Assembly (NCBI GenBank): GCA_001821155.1
Contig: MHSB01000044.1
Location: 1 to 33,269, forward strand
Length of the DNA stretch: 33,269 bases
Source: Candidatus Taylorbacteria bacterium RIFCSPLOWO2_01_FULL_50_130
GTDB lineage: Bacteria > Patescibacteriota > Minisyncoccia > Phycocordibacterales > UBA10002
Direction of reading: 5' to 3'
Of this stretch, positions 6,727 to 14,815 are shown in pieces; within the stretch, counting starts at the first letter, position 1; each line of letters starts with the position of its first letter. The notes beneath the pieces were generated by a model, which saw only the letters and a list, made by a program, of their open reading frames with translations, was not told where the DNA came from and ran no database searches. A program made the position numbers and the translations under genes.

Positions 6727-7914
6727 ATGTCCTTTCTCTCAAAAAAAACTAAGAACGAATGTGTCCTTGTTTTTGATATCGGAAGCGGGAGCGTCGGCGG
6801 CGCGATTGTGCTTATCTCTCCCGGAGCCATCCCGAACATACTTTATAGTTTCAGGAGCGAAATGCCATTCCAGGAAAAAGCCACTGGAGCGCGCCTTTTT
6901 TCTCTTATGTCGCGCTCCCTTTCCCAGGTGGTCATGGCGCTTAGCCGCGAAGGCTTTGAGGCGGCTGGTTTTGGCGCGCAACGTCCGCGGATAGAAAAAA
7001 TCCTGGTATCGCTCTCCGCTCCGTGGATGGTCGCTCTCGGAACTTTCTTGCAGCTTCGGAACAAGGAGCCGATGGTAGTAACCGAAACGGTGTTCGCAAC
7101 CCTGCTTGAACATTTTGACAAAAGCGAGAACGGTCTTGTGGAGAATATCCCCAAGGAGTGCAAAAGCATGGAAGGACACCTTCAGTGGTCGGTGCTGAAT
7201 GGATACCGAACTGCTGCTCCGTTTGGAAAGGAGGCCGCAGAGGTCGAATTCGCCGTTTTTCGGAGCTTCTCGGCGCCACGGATAACCGAACGAGTAACAG
7301 GCATTATTGCCGATTTCTTCCACGCGGAATGCGTTCGACTCCACGCGTTTTCGTATGTCTCATTTCGGGCGGTGCAAAAAATCTATCCGCGGGAGGAGAA
7401 TTTTATCCTTGCCGACGTGAGCGGCGAGCAGACAGAAGTGGTAATCGCGCGAAACGGCGCGATAGCGGATGTCGCCACCTTCCCGTTCGGAAGAAATTAT
7501 GTGGCTCGTCTTCTCGTTAAGGAGGGTGGAATACCGGCGGGTAGCATTGAAACTTTTTTCCGCCTTTCTTCGGAGGGAACCAGCGCTTCGAAAATGACCG
7601 AACGCGTCAGAAAGCTTTTGGGTCGAGTCCGGGAAGATTGGCGAAACTCGTTTGAGAAGGCCCTCGCGAGCGCTTCAGAGGAGCCGTTTTTCCCACGGTC
7701 AGTTTTTATCACTGCTGATGCGGACATAGTACCTATCGTCTCAAGCGCGCTAAGCGACGAGATGGCTATTCGCCTTAACCTCGCTCCGTGGAAGTTTAGG
7801 GTAATACCGATCGGCGCAAAGGAACTTGCTCCGCTAGCGCAGTGGAGCGCGCCTAAAAAAGATGATGCGTTCATTGCAATCGTCTCATCATTTGCGCGCG
7901 AATCGCGAGGATAG
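6727..7914 (+). CDS. conserved hypothetical, possible actin-like (ASKHA, FtsA/PilM-like) ATPase fold
   Basis: The ORF is long and uninterrupted. ATG 6727 lies 6 nt after TGTTATACT. The N-terminal VLVFDIGSGSVGGAIV and the later LADVSGEQTEVVIARNG resemble the phosphate-1 and phosphate-2 motifs of sugar-kinase/actin-fold proteins. The fold call is tentative. Confidence 0.5.
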   Translation: MSFLSKKTKNECVLVFDIGSGSVGGAIVLISPGAIPNILYSFRSEMPFQEKATGARLFSLMSRSLSQVVMALSREGFEAAGFGAQRPRIEKILVSLSAPWMVALGTFLQLRNKEPMVVTETVFATLLEHFDKSENGLVENIPKECKSMEGHLQWSVLNGYRTAAPFGKEAAEVEFAVFRSFSAPRITERVTGIIADFFHAECVRLHAFSYVSFRAVQKIYPREENFILADVSGEQTEVVIARNGAIADVATFPFGRNYVARLLVKEGGIPAGSIETFFRLSSEGTSASKMTERVRKLLGRVREDWRNSFEKALASASEEPFFPRSVFITADADIVPIVSSALSDEMAIRLNLAPWKFRVIPIGAKELAPLAQWSAPKKDDAFIAIVSSFARESRG

Positions 7915-7954
7915 TAAACTATAACAAGCTCGCCTTCCGGCGCGCGCGATATAT

Positions 7955-9241
7955 ATGGTGAAAAATATCTTCCAAGATGTAGTGACTCGCGAACGAAAGT
8001 CCATTCGCCACGTTCCGATTCCCCGTAAAGAACGGGAATCGAATGAGCAGAGCGAAGACATACTTTACGAGCGCGAAGAATTCCAGATAGAGGAATCCGG
8101 TTCTTTTTCATGGAGAAGAATACTATTGTGGGGAATTGCGGGGCTGTTTTTCATCTTGCTCATTATCGCGCTTTTGACGAGCTTTACCGGAGCGACGGTA
8201 ACGGTTAGCGCGAAAGCGCAGACTGTATCGGTACAGCAAGAGTTCATTGCTTCAAGAGATGACGGGACAAAACTTCGTTTTGTGCCTCTGCCGATAGACG
8301 AAACGACGGAAACCGTCATACCGGCGGAAATTGAGAGGAAGGTAGAGGAGCGGGCCACCGGCACCATTATCATCTACAACAATTTTTCGGATAAACCGCA
8401 GCGTCTCATCAAGAACACCCGCTTTGAAACAAAGGACGGATTTATCTATCGAGTCGGCAATTCCATAATAGTTCCCGGAAGAATGCGGAAAAACGGACAG
8501 CTCGTCCCAGGGAGTGTGGAGGCCGCCGTTGTCGCAGATTCTCCGGGTTCGGAGTATAACATTTCGCTCACCGACTTTACCATTCCCGGATTCAAATCCG
8601 ACCCGGCGCGATTTTCAGCATTCTACGCGCGTTCAAAGACAAGCATGAGCGGCGGGTTCGACGGAGTCGTAAAGGTTCCGTCGGAAGAGACGCTTCGTTT
8701 GACACGAGCATCGCTTCGCGAAATCGCTGTAAGGAGCATCCGGGAGCAAAAATTGGCGGCATCTCCCCCCGGCTACGTTCTCTTTGACGGCGCTATCGCA
8801 ATCAGCCACGTTTCTTTGCCTCCCGAACCAAAAGACGGGAACCGGTCGCTAGTGAAGGAGCGGACTACCGGAGCGGTATTCGTGTTTAAGGAGGAAGACA
8901 TAGCGCGAGAAATCGCCAAAGTAGCCATACCGAATTTCAATGGTACTCCAGTTGACATTCCCAACCTGAAGGGTCTTATCTTTCTTCTGAAGGAACCCCA
9001 AGGTGGTGCGGCCGCAGAGGCGCAAACCATCCGTTTTTCGTTGCAAGGAGAAGCGCGAGTGGTTTGGCTGTTTAATGCATACAAACTGCGGGAAGCGCTG
9101 CTTGGCAAAAACCGAGACGAGCTTGCATCCGTTCTCCTTAACTTCCCGTCGATTGAGAGAGCAGAAGCAGTTATTCGGCCGTTTTGGAGTCGCGCGTTTC
9201 CCAAAAACCCTAAGAAGATTTCAATACGGGAGGCCCCATGA
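7955..9241 (+). CDS. hypothetical membrane-anchored protein
   Basis: This is a 428-aa ORF. It has a charged N-terminus, then one predicted TM helix (ILLWGIAGLFFILLIIALLTSF), then a large extracytoplasmic part. I recognise no motif in it. Confidence 0.6.
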   Translation: MVKNIFQDVVTRERKSIRHVPIPRKERESNEQSEDILYEREEFQIEESGSFSWRRILLWGIAGLFFILLIIALLTSFTGATVTVSAKAQTVSVQQEFIASRDDGTKLRFVPLPIDETTETVIPAEIERKVEERATGTIIIYNNFSDKPQRLIKNTRFETKDGFIYRVGNSIIVPGRMRKNGQLVPGSVEAAVVADSPGSEYNISLTDFTIPGFKSDPARFSAFYARSKTSMSGGFDGVVKVPSEETLRLTRASLREIAVRSIREQKLAASPPGYVLFDGAIAISHVSLPPEPKDGNRSLVKERTTGAVFVFKEEDIAREIAKVAIPNFNGTPVDIPNLKGLIFLLKEPQGGAAAEAQTIRFSLQGEARVVWLFNAYKLREALLGKNRDELASVLLNFPSIERAEAVIRPFWSRAFPKNPKKISIREAP

Positions 9242-9313
9242 ACTTGACCGCGTTCCGTAGCGGAGCAGGTAAACCACCGCACCTTTTATGGCCCCGCCCA
9301 ACGCCGCGCAAGG

Positions 9314-9342
9314 TTGACCTTCTCTGCAGGACTTGCTAGTAT
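9314..9342 (+). promoter_or_regulatory. sigma70-like promoter upstream of infA
   Basis: TTGACC (9314-9319), a 17-nt spacer, then TAGTAT (9337-9342), 15 nt before the infA ATG. Confidence 0.45.
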
Positions 9343-9357
9343 GCGAGCGACACGAAG

Positions 9358-9579
9358 ATGCCCGTAACTAACGCAAAGGAAATGAATGCGACTACCGGAA
9401 AAGTGGTAGAAGCGCTTCCAGATACGCTTTTTAAGGTGCGGCTTGGAAATGGACAGGAAATACTGTCCTTCCTCTCCGGAAGAATGCGAATGAATCGAAT
9501 CCGTGTTCTTATCGGGGATAGCGTCATCGTTGAAATCGACCCGTATGGGGGGAAGGGAAGAATAACAAAACGACTGTAA
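9358..9579 (+). CDS. infA: translation initiation factor IF-1
   Basis: The 73-aa ORF reads GKVVEALPDTLFKVRLGNGQEILSFLSGRMRMNRIRVLIGDSVIVEIDPYGGKGRITKRL, a typical IF-1 S1-fold sequence. Confidence 0.95.
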   Translation: MPVTNAKEMNATTGKVVEALPDTLFKVRLGNGQEILSFLSGRMRMNRIRVLIGDSVIVEIDPYGGKGRITKRL

Positions 9580-9657
9580 CAGGTAACCTGTAGCTTGTAA
9601 CTGGAACAGAAAGATCAGTTCCAGTTATTCAGTTGCGGTTATCAGTTGCAGGTTATT
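9578..9657 (+). repeat. intergenic imperfect palindrome (GTAAC/GGAAC-word hairpin), infA-rpmJ spacer
   Basis: The core stem is GTAACTGGAAC (9597-9607) with GTTCCAGTTAT (9618-9628). The outer arms are built from GTAAC-like and GTTGC/GTTAT-like words. Confidence 0.6.
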
Positions 9658-9660
9658 TTT

Positions 9661-9777
9661 ATGAGAGTCAAGGCATCCGTCAAAGGAATATGCTCGAGAT
9701 GCAGGGTGGTACGCCGCAAGGGGTATCTGTACGTTTTGTGCAAAAGTAATCCCCGACACAAGCAGAGGCAGGGATAG
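9661..9777 (+). CDS. rpmJ: 50S ribosomal protein L36
   Basis: This ORF is too short for the ORF track. Manual translation gives [38 protein letters not shown] plus TAG, the canonical L36 sequence in its canonical position between infA and rpsM. Confidence 0.9.
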   Translation: MRVKASVKGICSRCRVVRRKGYLYVLCKSNPRHKQRQG

Positions 9778-9868
9778 GATAACTGGGACACGTAACGGTA
9801 ACTGTTACTGATCACTGAAGGGAAAAATCGGTTTAAGTTACCTGTCCTCGTTCCAGTCATTAGTTAAT
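9778..9868 (+). repeat. intergenic imperfect palindrome, rpmJ-rpsM spacer
   Basis: ACTGGGA (9782-9788) pairs with TTCCAGT (9851-9857). GGTAAC pairs with GTTACC inside. The word composition matches the neighbouring spacers. Confidence 0.5.
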
Positions 9869-9873
9869 TCTTC

Positions 9874-10254
9874 ATGAGAATTTCAGGCATAAACATTCCC
9901 GACGAAAAACGACTTGAGTATGGATTGCGGGTTATCTACGGCATTGGACATTCGCGCGCGCTCCAAATCCTTCGCGATGCAAACGTTGAGCCGTCAAAAA
10001 ACGCGAAAGAACTTTCAGCGGTCGAGGAAAACGCCATACGACATGCAGTTGAAAAATACAAAATAGAGGGAGATCTGAAGCGGGAAGTGTCCGCAAACGT
10101 GAAACGCGTGAAGGATATAAAAGCGTATCGCGGAGTACGACATACCAGAGAGCTCCCGGTGCGAGGACAGCGGACAAAAACCAATTCGCGGACCCGTCGC
10201 GGCAATATCCGAAAGACGATGGGAACGGGAAGGAGGGCGGCGGAGAAGAAGTAA
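9874..10254 (+). CDS. rpsM: 30S ribosomal protein S13
   Basis: MRISGINIPDEKRLEYGLRVIYGIGHSRALQIL... with a basic C-terminus. The operon position is conserved. Confidence 0.95.
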   Translation: MRISGINIPDEKRLEYGLRVIYGIGHSRALQILRDANVEPSKNAKELSAVEENAIRHAVEKYKIEGDLKREVSANVKRVKDIKAYRGVRHTRELPVRGQRTKTNSRTRRGNIRKTMGTGRRAAEKK

Positions 10255-10338
10255 CTGGAACCGGTAACGGTAACATGTAACAGGAACGAAAGAGATAGAA
10301 ATCAGTTCCAGTTACCTGTCCCAGTTTCAGTCATAAGT
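10252..10338 (+). repeat. intergenic imperfect palindrome, rpsM-rpsK spacer
   Basis: The core stem is GTAACAGGAAC (10277-10287) with GTTCCAGTTAC (10305-10315), with one A.A mismatch. The arms are TAACTGGAACCGGTAACGGTAAC... and ...CCTGTCCCAGTTTCAGTCA. Confidence 0.6.
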
Positions 10339-10346
10339 TGATTTTC

Positions 10347-10775
10347 ATGGGGAAAAAACGCATAGTCGCAAAAGGAGAAACAGAGAGCGCCGACAAAGCC
10401 GCGCAGCATTCTGCGTCAAGAAAGCGCACGCTTGCCAAAGCGGTTTTGTATGTTGAATCCACGTATAACAACACGCGGCTCACGCTTACCGACGAAAGGG
10501 GGAACGTGGTCGCTTTTTCATCAAGCGGAGCACTTGGCTTTCGGGGCGCGAAAAAAGGCACTCCGTTCGCAGCGGCAAAAGTCGGCGAAGCAATGGCGGC
10601 AAAGGCCTTATCCTTTGGACTTCGAGAAATTAGTGTGGTGGTAAACGGAGTCGGTTCAGGGCGGGAATCGTCCATAAGAGGATTCGTCAACAAGGGACTT
10701 TCCATCACGAAGATAAAAGATGCGACGCCGGTGCCGCATAACGGACCGCGTCCGCCGCGACCGAGGAGAGTATAA
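10347..10775 (+). CDS. rpsK: 30S ribosomal protein S11
   Basis: ATG 10347 is used (a TTG at 10338 is also possible). The sequence ...VLYVESTYNNTRLTLTDERGNVVAFSSSGALGFRGAKKGTPFAA... is typical S11. Confidence 0.95.
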   Translation: MGKKRIVAKGETESADKAAQHSASRKRTLAKAVLYVESTYNNTRLTLTDERGNVVAFSSSGALGFRGAKKGTPFAAAKVGEAMAAKALSFGLREISVVVNGVGSGRESSIRGFVNKGLSITKIKDATPVPHNGPRPPRPRRV

Positions 10776-10870
10776 CAGGAACTAGTAACTGTAACTTGTA
10801 ACAGGAACAAGAGAAAAGCGATGGAAGACGGATAGTTCCAGTTATCTGTACCAGTTACAGTTACAGATTA
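10773..10870 (+). repeat. intergenic imperfect palindrome, rpsK-rpsD spacer
   Basis: The core stem is GTAACAGGAAC (10798-10808) with GTTCCAGTTAT (10835-10845). The arms are AACAGGAACTAGTAACTGTAAC and CTGTACCAGTTACAGTTACAG. Confidence 0.6.
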
Positions 10871-10875
10871 TTTTT

Positions 10876-11475
10876 ATGAGGATTGGACCACGTTATAAAA
10901 GAGCCAGGCGTCTCGGAGCGGATATTTTCCCGAAAACCGATTCGCCCAAATATGCGATTCGCGCCGGCAAGGCGCTCGTGAAGGGTTATGGCAGGAGTGA
11001 ATTCGGGGCACAACTTAAGGAAAAACAGCGAGCGCGGTTTTTTTACGGCATCTCGGAGCGCCAGTTTTCCCGCTATGTGAAAAACGCCATTGCGAAGAAA
11101 AGTGAACGTGATGATGAGGCCCTTTACACCGAGCTTGAAACGCGCCTTGACAACGTTATTTATCGATTTGGCATCGCTCCTTCCCGCCAGGCGGCCCGGC
11201 AGTACGTTTCTCACGGGCATTTTACCGTTGCTGGCGTTCGAGTCACCGTTCCCTCATATCGCACCCGCATTGGCGATGTTATCCGCTTGCGAAAAGGAAG
11301 CGAGTCGAAACGGCCGTTTACCGCTCTTACCGACCTGTTGAGGGACCATGAAGCCCCTCTGTGGCTACGTTTTGACGCGCAGAAGGGCGAGGGAGTGGTG
11401 GTCGGCAATCCAAATCTGGTGAAAAACCAGCTTCCTTTCAACATTGCGGCGATTTTGGAATTTTATCGGAGGTAA
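10876..11475 (+). CDS. rpsD: 30S ribosomal protein S4
   Basis: MRIGPRYKRARRLGADIF... plus the S4 RNA-binding domain LDNVIYRFGIAPSRQAARQYVSHGHFTVAGVRV. Confidence 0.95.
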   Translation: MRIGPRYKRARRLGADIFPKTDSPKYAIRAGKALVKGYGRSEFGAQLKEKQRARFFYGISERQFSRYVKNAIAKKSERDDEALYTELETRLDNVIYRFGIAPSRQAARQYVSHGHFTVAGVRVTVPSYRTRIGDVIRLRKGSESKRPFTALTDLLRDHEAPLWLRFDAQKGEGVVVGNPNLVKNQLPFNIAAILEFYRR

Positions 11476-11603
11476 GTTCGAATGCATCACTTGCGCGCTC
11501 AAAGGAAATAGGTTATTATATCTCTCTTGCTTTATTCATTATCAGCATAACTTGGGTGGTTGCGGAAACGATTGAGTAGTGGTTGCCGCCTCCGCCACAA
11601 TGT

Positions 11604-12569
11604 ATGTCGGATTTCAATATCATTCTTCCCTCCAAGCCAAGAATTGTGAAAGAGGAGGGTTCCACCGGAATCTATGAAATTGATGGACTTTATCCTGGAT
11701 ATGGGCATACGCTTGGCAATTCATTTCGCCGAATTATACTGTCATCTCTTCCGGGCGCCGCCATTACCGGAATCAAAATTGATGGCGTGGAACATGAATT
11801 CTCCACGATTCGAGGGGTGAAAGAAGATGTTGTGACCATCATACTCTCCTTGAAGCGCGTCCGAATAGCGATGTTCACCGACGAACCTCAAACACTCACA
11901 CTTTCCGCAAAGGGCGCGCGGGAGGTAACGGCGGCTGACATCGAATATCCGGGACAAGTTGAAATTCTTAATCCGGAACAGCACATCGCAACGCTTACGG
12001 AAAAAAGCGCGGAACTGGCGCTGTCCATGAAGGTGGAGAAGGGTCTTGGCTATATCTCCAAGGAGGTTTTGCAAAAAGACCGTGTTGAGATCGGGCAGAT
12101 GACGCTTGACGCCATATTCTCCCCCATTAGGCGAGTCAATTATGAAGTGGAAAACATGCGCGTTGGAGACCGTACTGATTTCAACCGTCTGAAAATCTTC
12201 ATTGAAACTGACGGTTCTATCACTCCAAAAGAAGCGCTTGAGAAAGCGATATATATCATGATATCCCAACTCAAGGCGATTGTCGGCTTTACGGAAGACA
12301 AGACGGAGGATGCCGTAAGAGATGAACCTACCGCAGTGGAAGAGCCGATTCAGAAGCGAGAAATTGATACCGAACTCTTGAAGACGCGGATTGAGACCAT
12401 TGGGCTCTCTCCACGTGCCGCCAATGCGCTCGCCGGAGCGAATATTCGAACGCTTGGCGGATTGGTGAAAAAGAAGGAAGAGGACATTCTCGACATTGAT
12501 GGGCTCGGAAACAAGGGAGTGCAAGAAATCAAGAAAGTGCTTGGAAAGATGGGAATAACGCTGAAATAG
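11604..12569 (+). CDS. rpoA: DNA-directed RNA polymerase subunit alpha
   Basis: From ATG 11604: ...GYGHTLGNSFRRIILSSLPGAAITGIKIDGVEHEFSTIRGVKEDV..., with a C-terminal domain ..LSPRAANALAGANIRTLGGLV. Confidence 0.95.
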   Translation: MSDFNIILPSKPRIVKEEGSTGIYEIDGLYPGYGHTLGNSFRRIILSSLPGAAITGIKIDGVEHEFSTIRGVKEDVVTIILSLKRVRIAMFTDEPQTLTLSAKGAREVTAADIEYPGQVEILNPEQHIATLTEKSAELALSMKVEKGLGYISKEVLQKDRVEIGQMTLDAIFSPIRRVNYEVENMRVGDRTDFNRLKIFIETDGSITPKEALEKAIYIMISQLKAIVGFTEDKTEDAVRDEPTAVEEPIQKREIDTELLKTRIETIGLSPRAANALAGANIRTLGGLVKKKEEDILDIDGLGNKGVQEIKKVLGKMGITLK

Positions 12570-12645
12570 CTTCTAGCTGCTAGCTGTTAGGTTCCTAGGG
12601 GGAAATCTTCTCGGACTGAAAGCTAGAAGCTAGAAGCTAGAAGCT
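12568..12645 (+). repeat. intergenic imperfect palindrome built from CTAGC/AGCTAGA words, rpoA-rplQ spacer
   Basis: The left arm AGCTTCTAGCTGCTAGCT (12568-12586) pairs with the right arm AGCTAGAAGCTAGAAGCTAGAAGCT (12621-12645). The right arm is 3.6 copies of a 7-mer. Confidence 0.6.
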
Positions 12646-12649
12646 AATC

Positions 12650-13000
12650 ATGCGCCATTCAAACAGAGTAAAAAAATTTGGTCGAGAACGGAAGGAGCGG
12701 AAGGCGCTCATGCGTTCGCTTGCGGAATCGCTTTTAGAGCGCGGCCGCATACGCACTACTGAAGCGCGGGCAAAAGCGCTTCGCCCATTCGTTGAAAGAA
12801 TCATAACCCTCTCGCGAAGCGGCACCTTCGAGTCGCGCCGGCTTGTTCGCGCGCGTCTTAGAAATACAATTTCCCTCGGCAGACTCTATCGGAGTGTTGC
12901 TCCCAAATACGCGACAGTAAGAGGTGGATATACGCGCGTGGTGAAGGCGGGATTCCGGATAAGTGACGGAGCGAAAATGGCCATCATTGAACTAGTATAA
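12650..13000 (+). CDS. rplQ: 50S ribosomal protein L17
   Basis: MRHSNRVKKFGRERKERKALMRSLAESLLERGRIRTTEARAKALRPFVERIIT... is typical L17. It follows rpoA as in most bacteria. Confidence 0.95.
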   Translation: MRHSNRVKKFGRERKERKALMRSLAESLLERGRIRTTEARAKALRPFVERIITLSRSGTFESRRLVRARLRNTISLGRLYRSVAPKYATVRGGYTRVVKAGFRISDGAKMAIIELV

Positions 13001-13062
13001 TGGAGCGGTTAGGGGCTAGTGTAAAAAATCCGGAGTGCAGACCTGCTTAACGCTAAAATCCT

Positions 13063-13410
13063 ATGCAAAAATACATTATTGACGCGCAGGGAAAAAGACT
13101 GGGACGAGTCGCGAGCGAAGCATCGGCACTGCTCCGCGGAAAAGGGCTTGCCTCTTTCAAGCCAAACGCTCTTCCCGCCGTACAGGTAGAAATCGTGAAC
13201 TCGTCCAAGGTTGCGCTTTCGGAAAAGAAGCTTTCGGAGAAAAGGTATAGACGATACTCCGGCTATCCGGGCGGGTTTAAAGAAACAAGGTTAAGGGAAT
13301 TTATCGCGAAAAAGGGGATGCGTGAGCTTTTTAGAATGACGGTGCTTCGAATGCTCCCTAGAAACACACTGCGTTCGCGACTTATCAAGCAATTGACAGT
13401 CAAAAGCTAG
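13063..13410 (+). CDS. rplM: 50S ribosomal protein L13 (short form, 115 aa)
   Basis: ..IIDAQGKRLGRVASEASALLRGK... and ..YRRYSGYPGG..MLPRN... It is adjacent to rpsI, the conserved rplM-rpsI pair. Confidence 0.9.
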   Translation: MQKYIIDAQGKRLGRVASEASALLRGKGLASFKPNALPAVQVEIVNSSKVALSEKKLSEKRYRRYSGYPGGFKETRLREFIAKKGMRELFRMTVLRMLPRNTLRSRLIKQLTVKS

Positions 13411-13420
13411 GAAGCTAACA

Positions 13421-13834
13421 ATGGAAACTGACGCAACAGCGGCAAAATACATTGAGACAATCGGCAGGAGAAAAACTGCCGCGGCGCGCGTGCGGATTTT
13501 CCCCGAGGGGAAGCAGTCGATTACAGTCAACGAAAAAGACGTTGAATCGTATTTCAAAACTAGAGAACAACGGCGCGTAGCTATAGAGGCCTTAACAAAA
13601 AGCAAACTTGCCGCAAAATTCTTAATAACGATACGAGTACGTGGAGGAGGGCTTTCGTCGCAAGCAGAAGCGGTGCGGCATGGAATCGCTCGAGCGCTCG
13701 TTTCGTACGACGCCGAACTCCGAAAAAAACTTAAACGCGTCGGCTTCCTCAAAAGAGACCCGCGAAGCAAGGAACGCCGCAAATTCGGAAAAAAGGGAAA
13801 AGCCCGCAAATCTCCGAAGTGGTCGAAGAGATAA
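13421..13834 (+). CDS. rpsI: 30S ribosomal protein S9
   Basis: ..GRRKTAAARVRIFPEGKQSITVN.. and ..GGGLSSQAEAVRHGIARALV.. with the C-terminal RDPRSKERRKFG. Confidence 0.95.
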   Translation: METDATAAKYIETIGRRKTAAARVRIFPEGKQSITVNEKDVESYFKTREQRRVAIEALTKSKLAAKFLITIRVRGGGLSSQAEAVRHGIARALVSYDAELRKKLKRVGFLKRDPRSKERRKFGKKGKARKSPKWSKR

Positions 13835-13851
13835 CTGTAGATTTAAATCAA

Positions 13852-14478
13852 ATGGATGGTGCAAATGCAAAAAAGAACGCAAATGAGGTTGAAGCTGATG
13901 ATGGTGCAGTAGGAGATGATGACGTGGTAACCGAAGAATCCGCCGTCGAAACCGTAGATGATGACGTGGTAACCGAAGAATCCGCCGTCGAAACCGTAAA
14001 GGAGCTACGCGAAAAGCTAAAGGCGTGCCAAAAGGAAAAAGGGGAATATCTTACTGGATGGCAGCGAGCAAAGGCGGATTTCATAAATGCGCGAAGGGAG
14101 GAAGAAAAGACGATGGCGCAGTTCTCGAAATTCTCCAGCGAACGGATTATACGCGACATCATTCCGGCTCTCGACAGCTTTCACAGCGCTTTCGGCAATA
14201 AAGCAAGTTGGGAGAAAGTTGACCTCAATTGGCGCATGGGCGTACAGTATATCTACTCGCAGCTTCTCGCGGCCGTGGAGAAAAGCGGGATGACGCTTAT
14301 TGAACCGAAGGTTGGCGAGCCGTTTGACACGAAAAGGCATGAAAGTGTGTCTGTCGTGCCGACCGCTACTGAAAGCGAGAACCATACAGTGGTCGAAGTA
14401 GTTCAGAAGGGATATGCGCTTCACGGCAAGGTCCTGCAGCCCGGCAAGGTTAAACTAGCCGAATATCATGGCAATTGA
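13852..14478 (+). CDS. grpE: nucleotide exchange factor GrpE
   Basis: ATG 13852 is used (GTG 13819 would overlap rpsI). The acidic N-terminus is followed by ..YLTGWQRAKADFINARREEEK.. and a C-terminal ..VVQKGYALHGKVLQPGKVKL. Confidence 0.9.
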   Translation: MDGANAKKNANEVEADDGAVGDDDVVTEESAVETVDDDVVTEESAVETVKELREKLKACQKEKGEYLTGWQRAKADFINARREEEKTMAQFSKFSSERIIRDIIPALDSFHSAFGNKASWEKVDLNWRMGVQYIYSQLLAAVEKSGMTLIEPKVGEPFDTKRHESVSVVPTATESENHTVVEVVQKGYALHGKVLQPGKVKLAEYHGN

Positions 14479-14512
14479 AAGCTAGAAGTTGTAAGTTTGA
14501 AGCTTAAAAGCA

Positions 14513-14815
14513 ATGAAGCCTACCGGCATAAAGCAATCGAATATTTTCGAAAAGGTCGTCCGCCAAAACGGCAGATTTTTCCGTATACGATTCGTGATTG
14601 TCGAAAGGGAAGGGCGAATGCGCGGCAAGATTATTTCCTGCGAACCCGTCGAGGTCATAGACGAAATAGTCACAGTTGAAGGGAAGTACTTCTTTCCTAT
14701 ATCATCTTCCGCGCAGTGCGCCCCTCGAGGAAAGACTTGTCTTCAAGGAATCGTCGCTCCATTTTCAAAGCTTGAGTTTTTTACGAGTCAAATGACTCGT
14801 GCTCCTTCTTTCTAA
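14513..14815 (+). CDS. hypothetical 100-aa ORF (weak call)
   Basis: This is the only ORF of any length between grpE and dnaK. It has no recognisable motif and no obvious Shine-Dalgarno. Its 3' end contains an 8-bp palindrome, ACGAGTCA-AA-TGACTCGT. Confidence 0.3.
   Translation: MKPTGIKQSNIFEKVVRQNGRFFRIRFVIVEREGRMRGKIISCEPVEVIDEIVTVEGKYFFPISSSAQCAPRGKTCLQGIVAPFSKLEFFTSQMTRAPSF

Noticed and set aside
11742-12524. Long antisense or out-of-frame ORFs: 850-1347(-), 4993-5604(-), 6739-7344(-), 7497-8111(-), 11742-12524(-), 13291-13809(-), 16031-16507(-), 18220-18774(-), 19574-20386(-), 28593-29192(-) and 32467-33126(+).
   Set aside because: Each lies entirely within or opposite a gene with clear family motifs. 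They are shadow ORFs with no motifs of their own.
12621-12645. The AGCTAGA tandem repeats and other short periodic stretches could be a CRISPR array.
   Set aside because: The period is only 7 nt with no spacers, and the stretch is one arm of an intergenic palindrome. No cas genes are present in the window.
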